64,000 bases of DNA, taken from positions 30,752,001 to 30,816,000 of the forward strand of contig OZ024742.1 in NCBI GenBank assembly GCA_964016885.1. Reading direction: 5' to 3'. Under the pieces are notes generated by a model. That model ran no database searches, was not told where the DNA came from, and worked only from the letters and a program-made list of their open reading frames with translations. This document shows positions 37,301 to 50,680 of this stretch, one piece after another (position 1 is the stretch's first letter; each line of letters opens with the position of its first letter). The position numbers were made by a program, and so were the translations under genes. The DNA is from Eledone cirrhosa (Eukaryota).

Positions 37301-40300
37301 GTTGTGGTCTCTCTCAGTCCTAAGTTCGTGCTGTCTCTCTCTCAGTCCTAACTTGGTGTGGTCTCTCTCAGTCCTAACTTGGTGTAGTCTCTCTACGTCC
37401 TAACTTTGTGTGGTCTCTCTCACTCCTTAGTTGGTGTGGTCTCTCTCAGTCATAACTTGGTGTAGTCTCTCTCAGTCCTAAGTCGGTGTGGTCTCTCTCA
37501 GTCCTAACTTGGTGTAGTCTCTCTCAGTCGTAACTTGGTGTGGTCTCTCTAACTCCTAACTTGGTGTAGTCTCTCTCAGTCCTAACATGGTGTAGTCTCT
37601 CTCAGTCTTAACTTGGTGTAGTCTCTCTCAGTCCTTACTTGGTGTAGTCTCTCTCAGTCCTAACTTGGTGTGGTCTCCCTCAGTCCTAAGTTGGTGTGGT
37701 CTCTCTCAGTCCTAACTTGGTGTGGTCTCTCTCAGTCCTAAGTTGGTGTGGTCTCTCTCAGTCCTAAGTTGGTGTGGTCTCTCTCAGTCCTAAGTTGGTG
37801 TGGTCTCTCTCAGTCCTAACTTGGTGTAGTCTCTCTCAGTCCAAACTTGTTGTGGTCCCTCTCAGTCCTAACTTGGTGTAGTCTCTCACAGTCCTAAGTT
37901 GGTGTGGTCTCTCTCAGTCCTAACTTGGTGTAGTCTCTCTCAGTCCTAAGTTGGTTTGGTCTCTCTCAGTCCTAACTTGGTGTGTTCTCTCTCAGTCCTT
38001 ACTTGGTGTAGTCACTCTCAGTCCTAACTTGGTGTAGTCTCTCTCAGTCCTAAGTTGGTGTGGTCTCTCTCAGTCCTAACTTGGTGTGGTCTCTCTCAGT
38101 CCTAACTTGGTGTAGTCTCTCTCAGTCCTAAGTTGGTGTGGTCTATCTCACTCCTAAGTTGGTGTGGTCGCTCTCAGTCCTAAGTTGGTGTGGTCTCTCT
38201 CATTCCTAACTTGGTGTAGTCTCTTTCAGTCCTAAGTTGGTGTGTTCTCTCTCAGTCCTAACTTGGTGTGGTTTCTCTCATTCCTTACTTGGTGTAATCT
38301 CTCTCAGTCCTAACTTGGTGTAGTCTCTCTCAGTCCTAAGTTGGTGTGGTGTCTCTCAGTCCTAACTTGGTGTAGTCTCTCTCAGTCCTAAGTTTGTGTG
38401 GTCTCTCTCAGTCCTAACTAGGTGTAGTCTCTCTCAGTCCTAAGTTGGTGTAGTCTCTCTCAGTCCGAACTTGGTGTGGTCTCTCTCAGTCCTAACTTGT
38501 TGTGGTCTCTCTCAGTCCTAAGTTCGTGCTGTCTCTCTCTCAGTCCTAACTTGGTGTGGTCTCTCTCAGTCCTAACTTGGTGTAGTCTCTCTACGTCCTA
38601 ACTTTGTGTGGTCTCTCTCACTCCTTAGTTGGTGTGGTCTCTCTCAGTCCTAACTTGGTGTAGTCTCTCTCAGTCGTAACTTGGTGTGGTCTCTCTAACT
38701 CCTAACTTGGTGTAGTCTCTCTCAGTCCTAACATGGTGTAGTCTCTCTCAGTCTTAACTTGGTGTAGTCTCTCTCAGCCCTAAGTTGGTGTGGTCTCTCT
38801 CAGTCCTAACTTGGTGTAGTCTCTCTCATTCCTAACTTGGTGTAGTCTCTCTCAGTCCTAAGTTGGTGTGGTCTCTCTCAGTCCTAAGTTCGTGTGGTCT
38901 ATCTCAGTCCTAAGTTGGTGTGGTCTCTCTCAGTCCTAAGTTCGTGTGGTCTCTCTCATTCCTAACTTGGTGTAGTCTCTTTCAGTCCTAAGTTGGTGTG
39001 TTCTCTCTCAGTCCTAACTTGGTGTAGTCTCTCTCAGTCCTAAGTTGGTGTGGTCTCTCTCAGTCCTAACTTGGTGTAGTCTCTCTCAGTCCTAAGTTGG
39101 TGTGGTCTCTCTCAGTCCTATCTTGGTGTGGTCTCTCTCAGTCCTTACTTGGTGTAGTCACTCTCAGTCCTAACTTGGTGTAGTCTCTCTCAGTCCTAAG
39201 TTGGTGTGGTCTCTCTCAGTCCTAACTTGGTGTGTTCTCTCTCAGTCCTAACTTGGTGTAGTCTCTCTCAGTCCTAAGTTGGTGTGGTCTATCTCACTCC
39301 TAAGTTGGTGTGGTCTCTCTCAGTCCTAAGTTGGTGTAGTCTCTCTCGGTCCTAACTTGGTGAGGTCTCTCTCAGTCGTAACTTGGTGTAGTCTCTCTCA
39401 GTCCTTACTTAGTGTGGTCTCTCTCAGTCCTAACATGGTGTTGTCTCTCTCAGTCCTAACTTGGTGTGGTCTCTCTCAGTCGTAACTTGGTGTGGTCTCT
39501 CTCAGTCCTAAGTTGGTGTAGTCTCTCTCAGTCCTAACTTGGTGTGGTCTCTATCAGTCCTAACTTGTTGTGGTCTCTCTCAGTCCTAAGTTCGTGCTGT
39601 CTCTCTCTCAGTCCTAACTTGGTGTGGTCTCTCTACGTCCTAACTTAGTGTGGTCTCTCTCAGTCCTAACTTGGTGTGGTCTCTCTCAGTCCTAACTTGG
39701 TGTTGTCTCTCTCACTCCTAAGTTGGTGTGGTCTCTCTCAGTCCTAACTTGGTGTAGTCTCTCTCAGTCGTAACTTGGTGTGGTCTCTCTAAGTCCTAAC
39801 TTGGTGTAGTTTCTCTCAGTCCTAACATGGTGTAGTCTCTCTCAGTCTTAACTTGGTGTAGTCTCTCTCTGTCTTAAGTTGGTGTGGTCTCTCTCAGTCC
39901 TAAGTTGGTGTGGTCTCTCTCAGTCCTAACTTGGTGTGGTCTCTCTCAATCCTAAGTTGGTGTAGTCTCTCTCAGTCCTAAGTTGGTGTGGTCTCTCTCA
40001 GTCCTTACTTGGTGTAGTCTCTCTCAGTCCTAACTTGGTGTGGTCTCCCTCAGTCCTAACTTGGTGTGGTCTCTCTCAGTCCTTACTTGGTGTGGTCTCT
40101 CTCACTCCTAACTTGGTGTGGTCTCTCTCAGTCCTTACTTGGTGTAGTCACTCTCAGTCCTAACTTGGTATAGTCTCTCTCAGTCGTAACTTGGTGTAGT
40201 CTCTCTCAGTCGTAACTTTGTGTAGTCTCTCTCAGTCCTAAGTTGGAGTGGTCTCTCTCAGACCTAAGTTGGTGTGGTCTCTCTCAGTCCTAATTTGGTG

Positions 40301-43300
40301 TGGTCTCACTCAGTCCTTACTTGGTGTAGTCTCTCTCAGTCCTAACTTGGTGTAGTCTCTCTCAGTCCTAACTTGTTGTGGTCTCTCTCAGTCCTAACTT
40401 AGTGTAGTCTCTCTCAGTCCTAATTTGGTGTGGTCTCTCTCAGTCCTAACTTAGTGTAGTCTCTCTCATTCCTAAGTTGGTGTGGTCTATCTCAGTCCTA
40501 AGTTGGTGTGGTCTCTCTCAGTCCTAAGTTGGTGTGGTCTCTCTCATTCCTAACTTGGTGTAGTCTCTTCCAGTCCTAAGTTGGTGTGTTCTCTCTCAGT
40601 CCTTACTTGGTGTAGTCTCTCTCAGTTCTAACTTGGTGTAGTCTCTCTCAGTCCTAACTTGGTGTGGTGTCTCTCAGTCCTAACTTGGTGTAGTCTCTCT
40701 CAGTCCTAAGTTGGTGTGGTCTCTCTCAGTCCTAACTAGGTGTAGTCTCTCTCAGTCCTAAGTTGGTGTGGTCTCTCTCAGTCCTAAGTTGGTGAAGTGT
40801 CTCTCAGTCCGAACATGGTGTGGTCTCTCTCAGTCCTATGCTGGTGTTGTCTCTCTCAGTCATTACTTGGTGTAGTCTCTCTTAGTCCTAACTTGGTGTG
40901 GTCTCCCTCAGTCCTAAGTTGGTGTGGTCTCTCTCAGTCCTAAGTTGGTGTGGTCTCTCTCAGTCCTAAGTTGGTGTGGTCTCTCTCAGTCCTAAGTTGG
41001 TGTGGTCTCTCTCAGTCCTAACTTGGTGTAGTCTCTCTCAGTCCTAACTTGGTGTGGTCTCTCTCAGTCCTTACTTAGTGTAGTCTCTCTCAGTCCTAAC
41101 TTGGTGTGGTCTCCCTCAGTCCTAAGTTGGTGTGGTCTCTCTTAGTCCTAAGTTGGTGTAGTCTATCTCACTCCTAAGTTGGTGTGGTCTCACTCAGTCC
41201 TAAGTTGGTGTGGTCTCTCTCATTGCTAACTTGGTGTAGTCTCTTTCAGTCCTAAGTTGGTGTGTTCTGTCTCAATCCTAACTTAGTGTGGTCTCTCTCA
41301 TTCCTTACTTGGTGTAGTCTCTCTCAGTCCTAACTTGGTGTAGTCTCTCTCAGTCCTAAGTTGGTGTGGTGTCTCTCAGTCCTAACTTGGTGTAGTCTCT
41401 CTCGGTCCGAACTTGGTGTGGTCTCTCCCAGTCCTAACTTTTTGTGGTCTGTCTCAGTCCTAACTTGGTGTAGTCTCTCTACGTCCTAACTTGGTGTGGT
41501 CTCTCTTAGTCCTAACTTGGTGTGGTCTCTCTCAGTCCTAACTTGGTGTAGTCTCTCTCAGTCCTAACATGGTGTAGTCTCTCTCAGTCTTAACTTGGTG
41601 TAGTCTCTCTCAGTTGTAACTTCGTGTAGTCTCTCTCAGTCCTAAGTTGGTGTGGTCTCTCTCAGTCCTAAGTTGGTGTGGTCTCTCTCAGTCCTAACTT
41701 GGTGTAGTCTCTCTCAGTCCAAACTTGTTGTGGTCCCTCTCAGTCCTAACTTGGTGTAGTCTCTCTCAGTCCTAAGTTGGTGTGCTCTCTCTCAGTCCTA
41801 ACTTGGTGTAGTCTCTCTCAGTCCTAAGTTGGTTTGGTCTCTCTCAGTCCTAACTTGGTGTGTTCACTCTCAGTCCTTACTTGGTGTAGTCACTCTCAGT
41901 CCTAACTTGGTGTAGTCTCTCTCAGTCCTAAGTTGGTGTGGTCTCTCTCAGTCCTAACTTGGTGTGGTCTCTCTCAGTCCTAACTTGGTGTAGTCTCTCT
42001 CAGTCCTAAGTTGGTGTGGTCTATCTCACTCCTAAGTTGGTGTGGTCTCTCTCAGTCCTAAGTTGGTGTGGTCTCTCTCATTCCTAACTTGGTGTAGTCT
42101 CTTTCAGTCCTAAGTTGGTGTGTTCTCTCTCAGTCCTAACTTGGTGTGGTTTCTCTCATTCCTTACTTGGTGTAGTCTCTCTCAGTCCTAACTTGGTGTA
42201 GTCTCTCTCAGTCCTAAGTTGGTGTGGTGTCTCTCAGTCCTAACTTGGTGTAGTCTCTCTCAGTCCTAAGTTTGTGTGGTCTCTCTCAGTCCTAACTAGG
42301 TGTAGTCTCTCTCAGTCCTAAGTTGGTGTAGTCTCTCTCAGTCCGAACTTGTTGTGGTCTCTCTCAGTCCTAAGTTCGTGCTGTCTCTCTCTCAGTCCTA
42401 ACTTGGTGTGGTCTCTCTCAGTCCTAACTTGGTGTAGTCTCTCTACGTCCTAACTTTGTGTGGTCTCTCTCACTCCTTAGTTGGTGTGGTCTCTCTCAGT
42501 CCTAACTTGGTGTAGTCTCTCTCAGTCCTAAGTCGGTGTGGTCTCTCTCAGTCCTAACTTGGTGTAGTCTCTCTCAGTCGTAACTTGGTGTGGTCTCTCT
42601 AACTCCTAACTTGGTGTAGTCTCTCTCAGTCCTAAGTTGGTGTAGTCTCTCTCAGTCTTAACTTGGTGTAGTCTCTCTCAGTCCTTACTTGGTGTAGTCT
42701 CTCTCAGTCCTAACTTGGTGTGGTCTCCCTCAGTCCTAAGTTGGTGTGGTCTCTCTCAGTCCTAACTTGGTGTGGTCTCTCTCAGTCCTAAGTTGGTGTG
42801 GTCTCTCTCAGTCCTAAGTTGGTGTGGTCTCTCTCAGTCCTAAGTTGGTGTGGTCTCTCTCAGTCCTTACTTGGTGTAGTCACTCTCAGTCCTAACGTGG
42901 TATAGTCTCTCTCAGTCGTAACTTGGTGTAGTCTCTCTCAGTCGTAACTTTGTGTAGTCTCTCTCAGTCCTAAGTTGGTGTGGTCTCTCTCAGTCCTAAC
43001 TTGGTGTAGTCTCTCTCATTCCTAACTTGGTGTGGTCTCTCTCAGTCCTAACTTGGTGTAGTCTCTCTCAGTCCTTACTTGGTGTAGTCTCTCTCAGTCC
43101 TAACTTGGTGTAGTCTCTCTCAGTCCTAACATGGTGTAGTCTCTCTCAGTCTTAACTTGGTGTAGTCTCTCTCAGTCGTAACTTCGTGTAGTCTCTCTCA
43201 GTCCTAAGTTGGTGTGGTCTCTCTCAGTCCTAAGTTGGTGTGGTCTCTCTCAGTCCTAACTTGGTGTAGTCTCTCTCAGTCCAAACTTGTTGTGGTCCCT

Positions 43301-46300
43301 CTCAGTCCTAACTTGGTGTAGTCTCTCTCAGTCCTAAGTTGGTGTGCTCTCTCTCAGTCCTAAGTTGGTGTGGTCTCTCTCATTCCTAACTTGGTGTAGT
43401 CTCTCTCAGTCCTAAGTTGGTTTGGTCTCTCTCAGTCCTAACTTGGTGTGTTCTCTCTCAGTCCTTACTTGGTGTAGTCACTCTCAGTCCTAACTTGGTG
43501 TAGTCTCTCTCAGTCCTAAGTTGGTGTGGTCTCTCTCAGTCCTAACTTGGTGTGGTCTCTCTCAGTCCTAACTTGGTGTAGTCTCTCTCAGTCCTACGTT
43601 GGTGTGGTCTATCTCACTCCTAAGTTGGTGTGGTCTCTCTCAGTCCTAAGTTGGTGTGGTCTCTCTCATTCCTAACTTGGTGTAGTCTCTTTCAGTCCTA
43701 AGTTGGTGTGTTCTCTCTCAGTCCTAACTTGGTGTGGTTTCTCTCATTCCTTACTTGGTGTAGTCTCTCTCAGTCCTAACTTGGTGTAGTCTCTCTCAGT
43801 CCTAAGTTGGTGTGGTGTCTCTCAGTCCTAACTTGGTGTAGTCTCTCTCAGTCCTAAGTTTGTGTGGTCTCTCTCAGTCCTAACTAGGTGTAGTCTCTCT
43901 CAGTCCTAAGTTGGTGTAGTCTCTCTCAGTCCGAACTTGTTGTGGTCTCTCTCAGTCCTAAGTTCGTGCTGTCTCTCTCTCAGTCCTAACTTGGTGTGGT
44001 CTCTCTCAGTCCTAACTTGGTGTAGTCTCTCTACGTCCTAACTTTGTGTGGTCTCTCTCACTCCTTAGTTGGTGTGGTCTCTCTCAGTCATAACTTGGTG
44101 TAGTCTCTCTCAGTCCTAAGTCGGTGTGGTCTCTCTCAGTCCTAACTTGGTGTAGTCTCTCTCAGTCGTAACTTGGTGTGGTCTCTCTAACTCCTAACTT
44201 GGTGTAGTCTCTCTCAGTCCTAACATGGTGTAGTCTCTCTCAGTCTTAACTTGGTGTAGTCTCTCTCAGTCCTTACTTGGTGTAGTCTCTCTCAGTCCTA
44301 ACTTGGTGTGGTCTCCCTCAGTCCTAAGTTGGTGTGGTCTCTCTCAGTCCTAACTTGGTGTGGTCTCTCTCAGTCCTAAGTTGGTGTGGTCTCTCTCAGT
44401 CCTAAGTTGGTGTGGTCTCTCTCAGTCCTAAGTTGGTGTGGTCTCTCTCAGTCCTAACTTGGTGTAGTCTCTCTCAGTCCAAACTTGTTGTGGTCCCTCT
44501 CAGTCCTAACTTGGTGTAGTCTCTCACAGTCCTAAGTTGGTGTGGTCTCTCTCAGTCCTAACTTGGTGTAGTCTCTCTCAGTCCTAAGTTGGTTTGGTCT
44601 CTCTCAGTCCTAACTTGGTGTGTTCTCTCTCAGTCCTTACTTGGTGTAGTCACTCTCAGTCCTAACTTGGTGTAGTCTCTCTCAGTCCTAAGTTGGTGTG
44701 GTCTCTCTCAGTCCTAACTTGGTGTGGTCTCTCTCAGTCCTAACTTGGTGTAGTCTCTCTCAGTCCTAAGTTGGTGTGGTCTATCTCACTCCTAAGTTGG
44801 TGTGGTCGCTCTCAGTCCTAAGTTGGTGTGGTCTCTCTCATTCCTAACTTGGTGTAGTCTCTTTCAGTCCTAAGTTGGTGTGTTCTCTCTCAGTCCTAAC
44901 TTGGTGTGGTTTCTCTCATTCCTTACTTGGTGTAATCTCTCTCAGTCCTAACTTGGTGTAGTCTCTCTCAGTCCTAAGTTGGTGTGGTGTCTCTCAGTCC
45001 TAACTTGGTGTAGTCTCTCTCAGTCCTAAGTTTGTGTGGTCTCTCTCAGTCCTAACTAGGTGTAGTCTCTCTCAGTCCTAAGTTGGTGTAGTCTCTCTCA
45101 GTCCGAACTTGGTGTGGTCTCTCTCAGTCCTAACTTGTTGTGGTCTCTCTCAGTCCTAAGTTCGTGCTGTCTCTCTCTCAGTCCTAACTTGGTGTGGTCT
45201 CTCTCAGTCCTAACTTGGTGTAGTCTCTCTACGTCCTAACTTTGTGTGGTCTCTCTCACTCCTTAGTTGGTGTGGTCTCTCTCAGTCCTAACTTGGTGTA
45301 GTCTCTCTCAGTCGTAACTTGGTGTGGTCTCTCTAACTCCTAACTTGGTGTAGTCTCTCTCAGTCCTAACATGGTGTAGTCTCTCTCAGTCTTAACTTGG
45401 TGTAGTCTCTCTCAGCCCTAAGTTGGTGTGGTCTCTCTCAGTCCTAACTTGGTGTAGTCTCTCTCATTCCTAACTTGGTGTAGTCTCTCTCAGTCCTAAG
45501 TTGGTGTGGTCTCTCTCAGTCCTAAGTTCGTGTGGTCTATCTCAGTCCTAAGTTGGTGTGGTCTCTCTCAGTCCTAAGTTCGTGTGGTCTCTCTCATTCC
45601 TAACTTGGTGTAGTCTCTTTCAGTCCTAAGTTGGTGTGTTCTCTCTCAGTCCTAACTTGGTGTAGTCTCTCTCAGTCCTAAGTTGGTGTGGTCTCTCTCA
45701 GTCCTAACTTGGTGTAGTCTCTCTCAGTCCTAAGTTGGTGTGGTCTCTCTCAGTCCTATCTTGGTGTGGTCTCTCTCAGTCCTTACTTGGTGTAGTCACT
45801 CTCAGTCCTAACTTGGTGTAGTCTCTCTCAGTCCTAAGTTGGTGTGGTCTCTCTCAGTCCTAACTTGGTGTGTTCTCTCTCAGTCCTAACTTGGTGTAGT
45901 CTCTCTCAGTCCTAAGTTGGTGTGGTCTATCTCACTCCTAAGTTGGTGTGGTCTCTCTCAGTCCTAAGTTGGTGTAGTCTCTCTCGGTCCTAACTTGGTG
46001 AGGTCTCTCTCAGTCGTAACTTGGTGTAGTCTCTCTCAGTCCTTACTTAGTGTGGTCTCTCTCAGTCCTAACATGGTGTTGTCTCTCTCAGTCCTAACTT
46101 GGTGTGGTCTCTCTCAGTCGTAACTTGGTGTGGTCTCTCTCAGTCCTAAGTTGGTGTAGTCTCTCTCAGTCCTAACTTGGTGTGGTCTCTATCAGTCCTA
46201 ACTTGTTGTGGTCTCTCTCAGTCCTAAGTTCGTGCTGTCTCTCTCTCAGTCCTAACTTGGTGTGGTCTCTCTACGTCCTAACTTAGTGTGGTCTCTCTCA

Positions 46301-49300
46301 GTCCTAACTTGGTGTGGTCTCTCTCAGTCCTAACTTGGTGTTGTCTCTCTCACTCCTAAGTTGGTGTGGTCTCTCTCAGTCCTAACTTGGTGTAGTCTCT
46401 CTCAGTCGTAACTTGGTGTGGTCTCTCTAAGTCCTAACTTGGTGTAGTTTCTCTCAGTCCTAACATGGTGTAGTCTCTCTCAGTCTTAACTTGGTGTAGT
46501 CTCTCTCTGTCTTAAGTTGGTGTGGTCTCTCTCAGTCCTAAGTTGGTGTGGTCTCTCTCAGTCCTAACTTGGTGTGGTCTCTCTCAATCCTAAGTTGGTG
46601 TAGTCTCTCTCAGTCCTAAGTTGGTGTGGTCTCTCTCAGTCCTTACTTGGTGTAGTCTCTCTCAGTCTTAACTTGGTGTGGTCTCCCTCAGTCCTAACTT
46701 GGTGTGGTCTCTCTCAGTCCTTACTTGGTGTGGTCTCTCTCACTCCTAACTTGGTGTGGTCTCTCTCAGTCCTTACTTGGTGTAGTCACTCTCAGTCCTA
46801 ACTTGGTATAGTCTCTCTCAGTCGTAACTTGGTGTAGTCTCTCTCAGTCGTAACTTTGTGTAGTCTCTCTCAGTCCTAAGTTGGAGTGGTCTCTCTCAGA
46901 CCTAAGTTGGTGTGGTCTCTCTCAGTCCTAATTTGGTGTGGTCTCACTCAGTCCTTACTTGGTGTAGTCTCTCTCAGTCCTAACTTGGTGTAGTCTCTCT
47001 CAGTCCTAACTTGTTGTGGTCTCTCTCAGTCCTAACTTAGTGTAGTCTCTCTCAGTCCTAATTTGGTGTGGTCTCTCTCAGTCCTAACTTAGTGTAGTCT
47101 CTCTCATTCCTAAGTTGGTGTGGTCTATCTCAGTCCTAAGTTGGTGTGGTCTCTCTCAGTCCTAAGTTGGTGTGGTCTCTCTCATTCCTAACTTGGTGTA
47201 GTCTCTTCCAGTCCTAAGTTGGTGTGTTCTCTCTCAGTCCTTACTTGGTGTAGTCTCTCTCAGTTCTAACTTGGTGTAGTCTCTCTCAGTCCTAACTTGG
47301 TGTGGTGTCTCTCAGTCCTAACTTGGTGTAGTCTCTCTCAGTCCTAAGTTGGTGTGGTCTCTCTCAGTCCTAACTAGGTGTAGTCTCTCTCAGTCCTAAG
47401 TTGGTGTGGTCTCTCTCAGTCCTAAGTTGGTGAAGTGTCTCTCAGTCCGAACATGGTGTGGTCTCTCTCAGTCCTATGTTGGTGTTGTCTCTCTCAGTCA
47501 TTACTTGGTGTAGTCTCTCTTAGTCCTAACTTGGTGTGGTCTCCCTCAGTCCTAAGTTGGTGTGGTCTCTCTCAGTCCTAAGTTGGTGTGGTCTCTCTCA
47601 GTCCTAAGTTGGTGTGGTCTCTCTCAGTCCTAAGTTGGTGTGGTCTCTCTCAGTCCTAACTTGGTGTAGTCTCTCTCAGTCCTAACTTGGTGTGGTCTCT
47701 CTCAGTCCTTACTTAGTGTAGTCTCTCTCAGTCCTAACTTGGTGTGGTCTCCCTCAGTCCTAAGTTGGTGTGGTCTCTCTTAGTCCTAAGTTGGTGTAGT
47801 CTATCTCACTCCTAAGTTGGTGTGGTCTCACTCAGTCCTAAGTTGGTGTGGTCTCTCTCATTGCTAACTTGGTGTAGTCTCTTTCAGTCCTAAGTTGGTG
47901 TGTTCTGTCTCAATCCTAACTTAGTGTGGTCTCTCTCATTCCTTACTTGGTGTAGTCTCTCTCAGTCCTAACTTGGTGTAGTCTCTCTCAGTCCTAAGTT
48001 GGTGTGGTGTCTCTCAGTCCTAACTTGGTGTAGTCTCTCTCGGTCCGAACTTGGTGTGGTCTCTCCCAGTCCTAACTTTTTGTGGTCTGTCTCAGTCCTA
48101 ACTTGGTGTAGTCTCTCTACGTCCTAACTTGGTGTGGTCTCTCTTAGTCCTAACTTGGTGTGGTCTCTCTCAGTCCTAACTTGGTGTAGTCTCTCTCAGT
48201 CCTAACATGGTGTAGTCTCTCTCAGTCTTAACATGGTGTAGTCTCTCTCAGTTGTAACTTCGTGTAGTCTCTCTCAGTCCTAAGTTGGTGTGGTCTCTCT
48301 CAGTCCTAAGTTGGTGTGGTCTCTCTCAGTCCTAACTTGGTGTAGTCTCTCTCAGTCCAAACTTGTTGTGGTCCCTCTCAGTCCTAACTTGGTGTAGTCT
48401 CTCTCTCAGTCCTAAGTTGGTGTGCTCTCTCTCAGTCCTAACTTGGTGTAGTCTCTCTCAGTCCTAAGTTGGTTTGGTCTCTCTCAGTCCTAACTTGGTG
48501 TGTTCACTCTCAGTCCTTACTTGGTGTAGTCACTCTCAGTCCTAACTTGGTGTAGTCTCTCTCAGTCCTAAGTTGGTGTGGTCTCTCTCAGTCCTAACTT
48601 GGTGTGGTCTCTCTCAGTCCTAACTTGGTGTAGTCTCTCTCAGTCCTAAGTTGGTGTGGTCTATCTCACTCCTAAGTTGGTGTGGTCTCTCTCAGTCCTA
48701 AGTTGGTGTGGTCTCTCTCATTCCTAACTTGGTGTAGTCTCTTTCAGTCCTAAGTTGGTGTGTTCTCTCTCAGTCCTAACTTGGTGTAGTCTCTCTCAGT
48801 CCTAACTTGGTGTAGTCTCTCTCAGTCCTAAGTTGGTGTGGTGTCTCTCAGTCCTAACTTGGTGTAGTCTCTCTCAGTCCTAAGTTTGTGTGGTCTCTCT
48901 CAGTCCTAACTAGGTGTAGTCTCTCTCAGTCCTAAGTTGGTGTAGTCTCTCTCAGTCCGAACTTGTTGTGGTCTCTCTCAGTCCTAAGTTCGTGCTGTCT
49001 CTCTCTCAGTCCTAACTTGGTGTGGTCTCTCTCAGTCCTAACTTGGTGTAGTCTCTCTACGTCCTAACTTTGTGTGGTCTCTCTCACTCCTTAGTTGGTG
49101 TGGTCTCTCTCAGTCCTAACTTGGTGTAGTCTCTCTCAGTCCTAAGTCGGTGTGGTCTCTCTCAGTCCTAACTTGGTGTAGTCTCTCTCAGTCGTAACTT
49201 GGTGTGGTCTCTCTAACTCCTAACTTGGTGTAGTCTCTCTCAGTCCTAAGTTGGTGTAGTCTCTCTCAGTCTTAACTTGGTGTAGTCTCTCTCAGTCCTT

Positions 49301-50680
49301 ACTTGGTGTAGTCTCTCTCAGTCCTAACTTGGTGTGGTCTCCCTCAGTCCTAAGTTGGTGTGGTCTCTCTCAGTCCTAACTTGGTGTGGTCTCTCTCAGT
49401 CCTAAGTTGGTGTGGTCTCTCTCAGTCCTAAGTTGGTGTGGTCTCTCTCAGTCCTAAGTTGGTGTGGTCTCTCTCAGTCCTTACTTGGTGTAGTCACTCT
49501 CAGTCCTAACGTGGTATAGTCTCTCTCAGTCGTAACTTGGTGTAGTCTCTCTCAGTCGTAACTTTGTGTAGTCTCTCTCAGTCCTAAGTTGGTGTGGTCT
49601 CTCTCAGTCCTAACTTGGTGTAGTCTCTCTCATTCCTAACTTGGTGTAGTCTCTCTCAGTCCTAAGTTGGTGTGGTCTCTCTCAGTCCTAAGTTCGTGTG
49701 GTCTATCTCAGTCCTAAGTTGGTGTGGTCTCTCTCAGTCCTAAGTTCGTGTGGTCTCTCTCATTCCTAACTTGGTGTAGTCTCTTTCAGTCCTAAGTTGG
49801 TGTGTTCTCTCTCAGTCCTAACTTGGTGTAGTCTCTCTCAGTCCTAAGTTGGTGTGGTCTCTCTCAGTCCTAACTTGGTGTAGTCTCTCTCAGTCCTAAG
49901 TTGGTGTGGTCTCTCTCAGTCCTTACTTGGTGTAGTCTCTCTCAGTCCTAACTTGGTGTAGTCTCTCTCAGTCCTAACATGGTGTAGTCTCTCTCAGTCT
50001 TAACTTGGTGTAGTCTCTCTCAGTCGTAACTTCGTGTAGTCTCTCTCAGTCCTAAGTTGGTGTGGTCTCTCTCAGTCCTAAGTTGGTGTGGTCTCTCTCA
50101 GTCCTAACTTGGTGTAGTCTCTCTCAGTCCAAACTTGTTGTGGTCCCTCTCAGTCCTAACTTGGTGTAGTCTCTCTCAGTCCTAAGTTGGTGTGCTCTCT
50201 CTCAGTCCTAACTTGGTGTAGTCTCTCTCAGTCCTAAGTTGGTTTGGTCTCTCTCAGTCCTAACTTGGTGTGTTCTCTCTCAGTCCTTACTTGGTGTAGT
50301 CACTCTCAGTCCTAACTTGGTGTAGTCTCTCTCAGTCCTAAGTTGGTGTGGTCTCTCTCAGTCCTAACTTGGTGTGGTCTCTCTCAGTCCTAACTTGGTG
50401 TAGTCTCTCTCAGTCCTAAGTTGGTGTGGTCTATCTCACTCCTAAGTTGGTGTGGTCTCTCTCAGTCCTAAGTTGGTGTGGTCTCTCTCATTCCTAACTT
50501 GGTGTAGTCTCTTTCAGTCCTAAGTTGGTGTGTTCTCTCTCAGTCCTAACTTGGTGTGGTTTCTCTCATTCCTTACTTGTTGTGGTCTCTCTCAGTCCTA
50601 AGTTCGTGCTGTCTCTCTCTCAGTCCTAACTTGGTGTGGTCTCTCTACGTCCTAACTTGGTGTGGTCTCTCTCAGTCCTA
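22350..50680. repeat. Two tandem copies of a 14,162-bp super-repeat (6,638 + 7,524 bp subunits)
   Basis: AAGTGTCT marker at 26633, 33271, 40795, 47433 and GTCGCT marker at 24007, 30645, 38169, 44807 both give spacings 6638/7524/6638. Confidence 0.9.
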
